Shown in pieces: positions 57,876 through 64,000 of a DNA stretch of 64,000 nucleotides (the first letter of the stretch is position 1; every line of letters begins with the position of its first letter). Location: NCBI RefSeq assembly GCF_963921235.1, contig NC_086098.1:868001-932000 (forward strand). The letters are read 5' to 3'. The notes under the pieces were generated by a model, which saw only the letters and a program-made list of their open reading frames with translations, did not search any database and was not told the origin of the DNA. The position numbers and the translations under genes are program-made. The DNA is from Mobula hypostoma. Taxonomy: Eukaryota.

Positions 57876-58170
57876 CGAATTTTTCCTCTAAAAACTTCTT
57901 ATAGTCTCATAGGGTAGCTCCGTTTGTTTAGAGTCACCTTTTCTTTTTCCTCCGTTCCCATCGGAATCTTCCTGTCTTTGGTTTTGGATATTGTATTCAT
58001 TTCTTCAGATTTCACAGTTACAGTTCAAGAAAGAATCAGTAACATAAAATAAATCTTCTAGTGTAAGTAAAAATTGGTTAAGTAAGGGAGATCATGGGTT
58101 AAAAAAAAGATAACGGGAATGGAGCGAAGCCAAAAGCAACCTCACTCCATGAACGCTCCCTGCAGAATCC
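57876..58170 (-). mobile_element. ~295-bp insert flanked by 12-bp direct repeats (caatgtcttcct); possibly the 5' UTR and ORF1 start of an unrelated LINE
   Basis: caatgtcttcct occurs at 57864-57875 and 58171-58182. The minus strand has a T-rich leader, then an ATG opening a short K/E-rich frame (MNTISKTKDRKIPMGTEEKEKVTLNKRSYPMRL*). The family assignment is inference. Confidence 0.5.
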
Positions 58171-58184
58171 CAATGTCTTCCTAA

Positions 58185-59213
58185 TGTCCATGTAGACAAC
58201 ATCTACTGCCTTGGTCTCATCCACTTTACAGGTAACTTCTTCAAAACTCTATAAGATTGGTCGTACATGACCTACTATGCACAAAACCGTGCTACCTGTC
58301 CTTAATCAGTCCATGTCTATCCAAATACTCAGATATCTGGTCCCTTAGAATACCTTTCAATAACTTTCCCACTGCTGATGTCAGACTTGCCGACATTATA
58401 ATTTCCTGGTTTATGTTTAGAGCCTTTTTTAAATAGCAGAACAACATTGACGATCTTCCAATCCTCTGAGACCTCCCCTGTCGCTAAGGATGTTTTAAAC
58501 ATCTCTGCTGTGGCCCCAGAAATTTCTGCACTTGCCTCACATGAGTTCTGAGGGAACACCTTGTAAGACCTTGGGGATTTATCCACCCTGATTTGCCTCA
58601 GGGTAGCAAACACTTCCTCCTCTGTAATCTGTACATGCTCCATAAGTTGATGGCACTTTGCCTCACTTCTGTAGATTCTGTGTCCATCCCCTGAGTAAAT
58701 AGAGATGCAAAGAATTCATTTAGGATCTCCCCCATCTGTTTTGGCTCCACACACTGATTACCATTCTGGTCTTCCAGAGCAGCAATTTTGTCCTTGTAAT
58801 CCTTTTGTTCTTAACATGTCTGTAGAATGCCTTGGGATTCTCCTTCAGCTTATCTGCCAGAGCAACATCATGCTTTCTTTTAACCCTCCTGATCTCTTTA
58901 AGTGTTCTGTTGCATTTCTTGTACTCCATAAGCACTGTATTTGTTCCTGTCTGCCTACACCTGCAATGCACCCCCTCTTTTCTCTTAACCAGGACCCCAT
59001 ATCTCTTGAAACCCAGGGTTCCCCACACTTGTTGTCTACCCTTTATTGTGACAGGTACATACAAGCTTTGTACTCTCAAAACTTTATTTTTGAAGGCCTC
59101 CCACTTCTCAATAACACTTCTGACAGAAAATAGCCTGTTCCACTCCGTATCTGCAAAATCATTTCTAATGCCATCAAAATTTAGAATCTCAACACATGGA
59201 CTAAACCTATCTT
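58185..59213 (-). mobile_element. Decayed CR1 ORF2 fragment (EN-RT linker to the start of RT)
   Basis: ORFs 58720-59265 (WEAFKNK, LKENPKAFYRHVKNKR) and 58329-58643 (SEDWKIVNVVLLFKKGSK..PGNY), followed by AVDVVYMD near 58190. Multiple frameshifts. Confidence 0.85.
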
Positions 59214-59960
59214 TTGCAGCATGCTGTTGTGCAGAAGGACTTGGGAGTGCTTGTGCCTGAATCACAAAAGGTTGGCTTGCAGGTACAACAGGTTAATAAG
59301 AAGGCAAACAGAATGTTGGCCTTCATTGCTAGAGGGATTGAATTCAAGAGCAGGGAGGTCACGCTGCAACTATACAGGGTACTGGTGAGGCCGCACCTGG
59401 AGTACTGTGTGCAGTTCTCGTCTCCATACTTGAGGAAGGATATACTGGCTTTGGAGGCAGTGCAGAGGAGGTTCACCAGGTTGATTCCAGGGATGAAGGG
59501 GTTAAACTATGAGGAACGATTGAGTTGTCTGGGACTATACTCTCTAGAATTCAGAAGAATCAAAGGGGATCTTACAGAAACATACAAAATTTTGAAAGGG
59601 ATGATAAGATAGAAGTGGGAAAGTTGTTTCCATTGGTAGGTGAGACTAGAACTAGGGGACATTGCCTCAAGATTCAGGGGAGAAGATATAGGACAGAGAT
59701 GAGGAGAAACTGTTTTTCCCAGAGAGTAGTGAATCTGTGGAATTCTCTGCCCAGGGAAGCAGTTGAGGCTTCTTCGCTAAATATATTTAAGATACAGTTA
59801 TATAGAGTTTTACAAAGTAGGGGAATTAAGGGTTATGGGGAAAAGGCAGGTAGATGGAGCTGAGTTTACGGACAGATCAGCCATGATCTTATTGAGTGGT
59901 GGGGCAGGCTTGATGGGCCAGATGGCTGACTCCTACTCCTATTTCTTATGTTCTTATGTT
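59214..59960 (+). mobile_element. 5'-truncated CR1 3' end
   Basis: ORFs 59214-59612 (QKDLGVLV, LVRPHLEYCVQF) and 59525-59863 (FSQRVVNLWNSLP). Tail tttcttatgttcttatgtt at about 59942-59960. Confidence 0.92.
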
Positions 59961-59967
59961 TGCATAT

Positions 59968-60320
59968 TTAGAAACAGAAACATAGAAAATCTACAGCACA
60001 ATACAGGACCTTCGGCCCACAATGCTGTGCTGAACATGTCCTTACTGTAGAAATTACCTAGGGTTACCCATAGCCCTCTATTTTTCTGAGCTCCATATAC
60101 CTGTCCAGGAGTCTCCTAAAAGACCCTATCATATCCGCCTCCACCACCGTCGTCGGCAGCCTATTCCACGCACTCACCACTCTAGCATAAAAAACTTACC
60201 CTTGACATCTCCTCTGTACCTACTTCCAAGCACCTTAAACCTGTGCCCTCTTGTGCTAGCCATTTCAGCCCTGGGAAAAAGCCTCTGACTATCCACACGA
60301 TCAATGCCTCTCATCATCAT
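59968..60320 (-). mobile_element. Short CR1 3' end
   Basis: The tail reads agaaacagaaacatagaaa on +, followed by 3' UTR and ORF2 C-terminal sequence (ccacgcactcaccactct...aaaaacttacc). Similar to 63262-63600. Confidence 0.85.
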
Positions 60321-60329
60321 TTACTTTGA

Positions 60330-60920
60330 AACTAATGGCATTGTGCTAACTGCCTATTCGCTTTCCCATTTCTTCTCCTGACAGTCACCTTACTGCCTGC
60401 CTCCTGAAACTTGGGGGTGACTAATTCCCTATAACTGTGATCGATAATCTCCTTACTCTCCCATACATGCCGAAGATCATCCAGCTGCGGCTCCAGATCC
60501 CTAACATGGTCTTCAAGGAGATGCAGCCGGATGCACTTCACGCAGATGTAGTTCCCTGGGAGGCTCTAGGTCTCCCCGGACTTCAACGTCTGGCATGAAG
60601 AACATACAACTGTCTTTTAAATTACATTAAGTAACCCTGACACAGTAAGAACAAAGCGAAGTTTAACAGGAATTTACCCAGAAAACCTATCCAGAGCCAT
60701 CGCCTCTTCCAAGCCAAAGCCCCCTTTGAGCCAAAGCCTGACACTCCCACTCTCATCATTGGCCTACCCCCAACAACGGCCATTGCAACAATGGCTGTTC
60801 CACCTGTTCCCTGTGTACTTTCATTTACTCCTCTTGGCACTGCTCCCACTACTGACTGGGCTGCTGGAAAGACACAAAACCCTTCTCGAAGCACTCCTTT
60901 AAGATGAGCACCACTGACCT
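60330..60920 (-). mobile_element. Decayed CR1 5' region: probable 5' UTR plus ORF1 N-terminal Cys-rich/coiled-coil part
   Basis: CSSC....SLPGNYICVKCIRLHLLEDHVRDLEPQLDDLR, homologous to the ORF at 62435-62764. The 60620-60920 part is assigned by position only. Confidence 0.7.
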
Positions 60921-61860
60921 GTAAGAAATCTCTGACACCTCCCCGAGTCATTCCGTAATAGCAGATCCAGTATTGCATGATCTCTCATTGGGACATCTAC
61001 GTACAGATGAAGGAAACTTTCCTGAACACAGTTGACAAACTCTATCCCATTTAGTCCTTTTACAGTATGGAATTCCCAGTCAATATATGGAAGTTTAAGT
61101 CACCTACTATAACAGCGTTATGTTTCTTACAACAGTGCAATCTAATTGCAAATTTGTTCCTCTAAATCCCTAGGTCTGTTGGGTAGTCTGTAATGTAATC
61201 CCATACCTTTCTTATTTCTCAGTCCCACCCATAACGCCTCAGTAGTCGAATTCACCGCTCTGGCCCAAGAGAGCAGTGCTGCGATATTTTCCCTGACTAG
61301 TAACACCACTTCTCCTCCCTTAATCCCTCCCGCTCTGTCATGTCTGCAACAATGGAACATCGCACTATTGCCCCTCAGAGTCAGTCCTGCCCCTCCTGCA
61401 AACTAGTATCACTTGTTAGCTACAGCAGCATAATTCCAGGTGCTGATCCATGCCCTGAGCTCATTCGCCTTTCCTACAATACATCTTGCATTGAAATAAA
61501 TACAACTCAGGACTCTAGTCACACAACGCTCAACCTAGGTCTCCACCACCTCTCTACACGTTCTGGCACTCAGATTCCCATTCCCCTGCATCTCTAGTTT
61601 AAACCCCATCATTACATAATAACAAACCTTCCCGCTGTCTTTTTGATACACCGTGTATCCTTGGATGTTAAGCTCCCAACTATGATCTTCTTTCAGCCAC
61701 AACTTAGTGGACTCAGACATTTTATGGCCCCTCTTGGCTTCCCTAATTCCCTTCTTTTCTGGATTCCTTATACACATCATGCACTTCGCTTGATCCTAAC
61801 TTCTGAAGCTTTACATACTTCTCCTTTTTCTCCTTGACTAAATTCATCACCTCTCTAAAG
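60920..61860 (-). mobile_element. Mosaic of decayed CR1 endonuclease and linker fragments
   Basis: DRAGGIKGGEVVLLVRENI..TEALWVGLRNKKG..YRLPN..DLEEQIC (61142-61360), WLKEDHSWELNIQGYTVYQKD (~61630-61705) and KKGIREAKRGH (~61720-61770). Confidence 0.75.
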
Positions 61861-62169
61861 CTGGGTGCACTTCTTGCAAAAGTAGCCATCAGGTACCCAG
61901 AATTCCCTCATCTGACATTCTATCCTGACTACCTCTTCTTACCTGTGCCTTCGCCTGTTCATGCTGAAGCCAGTTAAGCCAAAGCCTTTCCACTGGATCG
62001 CTCACCGGTACACTCCGAAAACGGCCTGTCTGACCATGGCCGCTCCACTTGAGGCCACCTTCCTCATATTTGCAACTGAATTTAGTCCTCTGATGCTGAC
62101 AGGTACTACATCTGCACAGCCGAAAAAGACTGTTTTTTCCCCAATCTGCTCCGCTTATACTCCATATAT

Positions 62170-62770
62170 GCTGTAGACCTGACCCGAGATATCCCTGACC
62201 CTCTCATCTGGGAGGCAGTATGCCATCCAGGTGTCTCTTTCTTGTCCACAGAATCTGTTTTCTTCTCTCCGAACTACGTAATCCCCTCTCACTGTAGCAT
62301 TCCTCTTCTACCCCACTTCCCTTCTGAGCCATGGAGACAGACTGGGTGCCAGAGATCAGGTTGCTGTGGGTTCCCCCTGGAAGGCGTCCCCACCCTATCC
62401 CTCCAGCAGTATTGAATGTGGTACTGTATACTTATTACTGAGGGGAGCGGCCACAGGGGTATTCTGCACTGGCTGCCTTTTTCCTGTCCATTTCCTGACC
62501 GACGGTCACCCAGATTCTTGCCTCCAGCAACTTGGGTGTGAGTACCTCTCTGTATCTCCTATCTAACACCTCCTTATTTTTCTGAATGATCCGAAGATCA
62601 TCCAGCTGCAGCTCCAGTTCCTTATCACGGTTTCTGAGAAGTTGCAGCTCGATGCATTTGGTGCAGATGTAGTTATCAGGGAGACTAGAGGTCTTCCAAA
62701 GCTCCCATATCTCACACAAGGAACAGACCACTAACTCCAGACCCATTCTCAACACACTAGCCATGTACTA
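62170..62770 (-). mobile_element. Decayed CR1 ORF1 (Cys-rich zinc-finger-like N-terminus, coiled coil, start of esterase-like domain)
   Basis: VVCSLCEIWE...LPDNYICTKCIELQLL..ELELQLDDLR, then downstream RDTWMAYCLPDERVRDISGQV, which resembles the CR1 ORF1 esterase-region CLPGA.V.D motif. Confidence 0.8.
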
Positions 62771-63012
62771 ACACAAAGAAAAACTCACTAGAAACTTGTT
62801 TAAAATCTCTGCCTGTTCTTGCCTAAGCTTACTTATTGCGCTGAACTGCTGCTGCAAATTTGATGACACTTGTCAGTGTTAATAAACCTGATATTGAATA
62901 AGATTTTTTTGACAGCTTAGAAGATTTGAAAATAAAGATTTGCTTGTTGATACACGCCATTGTTCAGCCAGATCAGAGCCTGCATTCCACTATCCCTCTA
63001 TCACTTGACAGC

Positions 63013-63197
63013 AATTCCCGCCATCGTCTGTAAGGAGTACTCTCCATGATTGCATGGATTTCCTCCGGGTGTTCCAGTTTCCTTCTACATTCCAAAAACA
63101 TAAGTGTTAGTGGGTTAATGGGTTACATTGATGTAACTGGGTGGTACTGGCTCAATGGGCCAGTAAAACCTGTTTCTATGCAGTATCCTGAAATAAA
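63013..63197 (+). mobile_element. Decayed V-SINE (HE1-like) element lacking most of its tRNA-derived head
   Basis: ggatttcctccgggtgttccagtttccttctacattccaaaaac resembles the V-domain core GGGTTTCCTCCGGGTGCTCCGGTTTCCTCCCACA.TCCAAAGAC. It ends in a gggcc..aa..cctgttt hairpin-like tail and aaataaa. Confidence 0.75.
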
Positions 63198-63259
63198 TTA
63201 CAAAGAATTTAGTCTAGGCAGAGGGCTAATAGGAGAAAGCGATGATAAACAATACACGT

Positions 63260-63990
63260 AAACATAGAACATAGAAATCTACAGTATATTACCGGCCCTT
63301 TGGCCCACAATGTTGTGCTGACCATGTAACCTACTCTAGAAACTGTCTAGAATTTCCCTAGTGCATTTCCCTCTATTTTTCTAAGCTCCATGTACCTATC
63401 GAAGAGGCTCTTTAAAGACCCTAAAGTATTCACTTCCACCACCACCACCACTGGCAGTGCATTCCACACATCCACCACTCCCTATGTAAAAACTTACCCT
63501 TGACAACCCCTCGGTACCTATTTCCAAACACCCTTGTGTTAGCCATTTCAGACCTGGGAAAGAGCCTCTGACTAACCACACGAGCAATGCCCCTCATTAT
63601 CTTATGCACCTCAATCAGGTCACCTCTCATCCTCGATCGCTCCAAGGAGAAAAGGCCAAGTACACTCAACCTATCTTCATAAGGTACGCCCTTCGATCCA
63701 GGCAACATTCTTGTAAATCTCCTCTCCACTCCCTCTATAGTATCCATACCCCTCCTGTAGTGAGGTGAACAGAACCAAGATCTGACCAAGATCTTATGTA
63801 GCTGTAACATTAACTCATGACTCTTGAATTCAATCCCATGGCTGATGAATGCTAACACACCATCTACCTTCTTAACAACACTGTCACCCTCAACCTGCAC
63901 AGCAGCTTTGAGTGTCCTATCGACACGGACTCCAAGATCTCTTAGGTCCTCCACTCTGCACAAGAGTCTGACCATTTATATTACTGTATA
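63260..63990 (-). mobile_element. CR1 3' portion (ORF2 C-terminus, 3' UTR, tail)
   Basis: ORF 63430-63975 (RDLGVRV, LAFISHGIEFKS, RRFTRMLPG, RMRGDLIEV). Tail (aacatag)2 on + at about 63261-63277. Confidence 0.9.
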
Positions 63991-64000
63991 TTCTGTCTTC

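Overview
Eukaryotic non-genic DNA, most likely from a cartilaginous fish (inferred from the CR1-type LINEs and a V-SINE-like element). No host gene is supported. About 258-55896 is a single-orientation tandem array of a 28-bp unit (consensus gtgactattgtaacacactgaaaccccc, roughly 1,900-2,000 copies) with nested higher-order duplications of about 0.45-8.8 kb. A 5'-truncated CR1 interrupts it at about 52897-54103, and a second CR1 caps its right end. The last 8 kb is a pile of decayed CR1 fragments, a V-SINE remnant and a short insert flanked by 12-bp direct repeats. The main observation is that the satellite unit runs seamlessly into a decayed CR1 endonuclease remnant at 1-290 and corresponds to the DNA encoding its 'VTIVMGDF(N/S)' catalytic motif, so the array appears to have been born inside a LINE ORF2. 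The numerous minus-strand ORFs across the array are read-through artefacts of the repeat.
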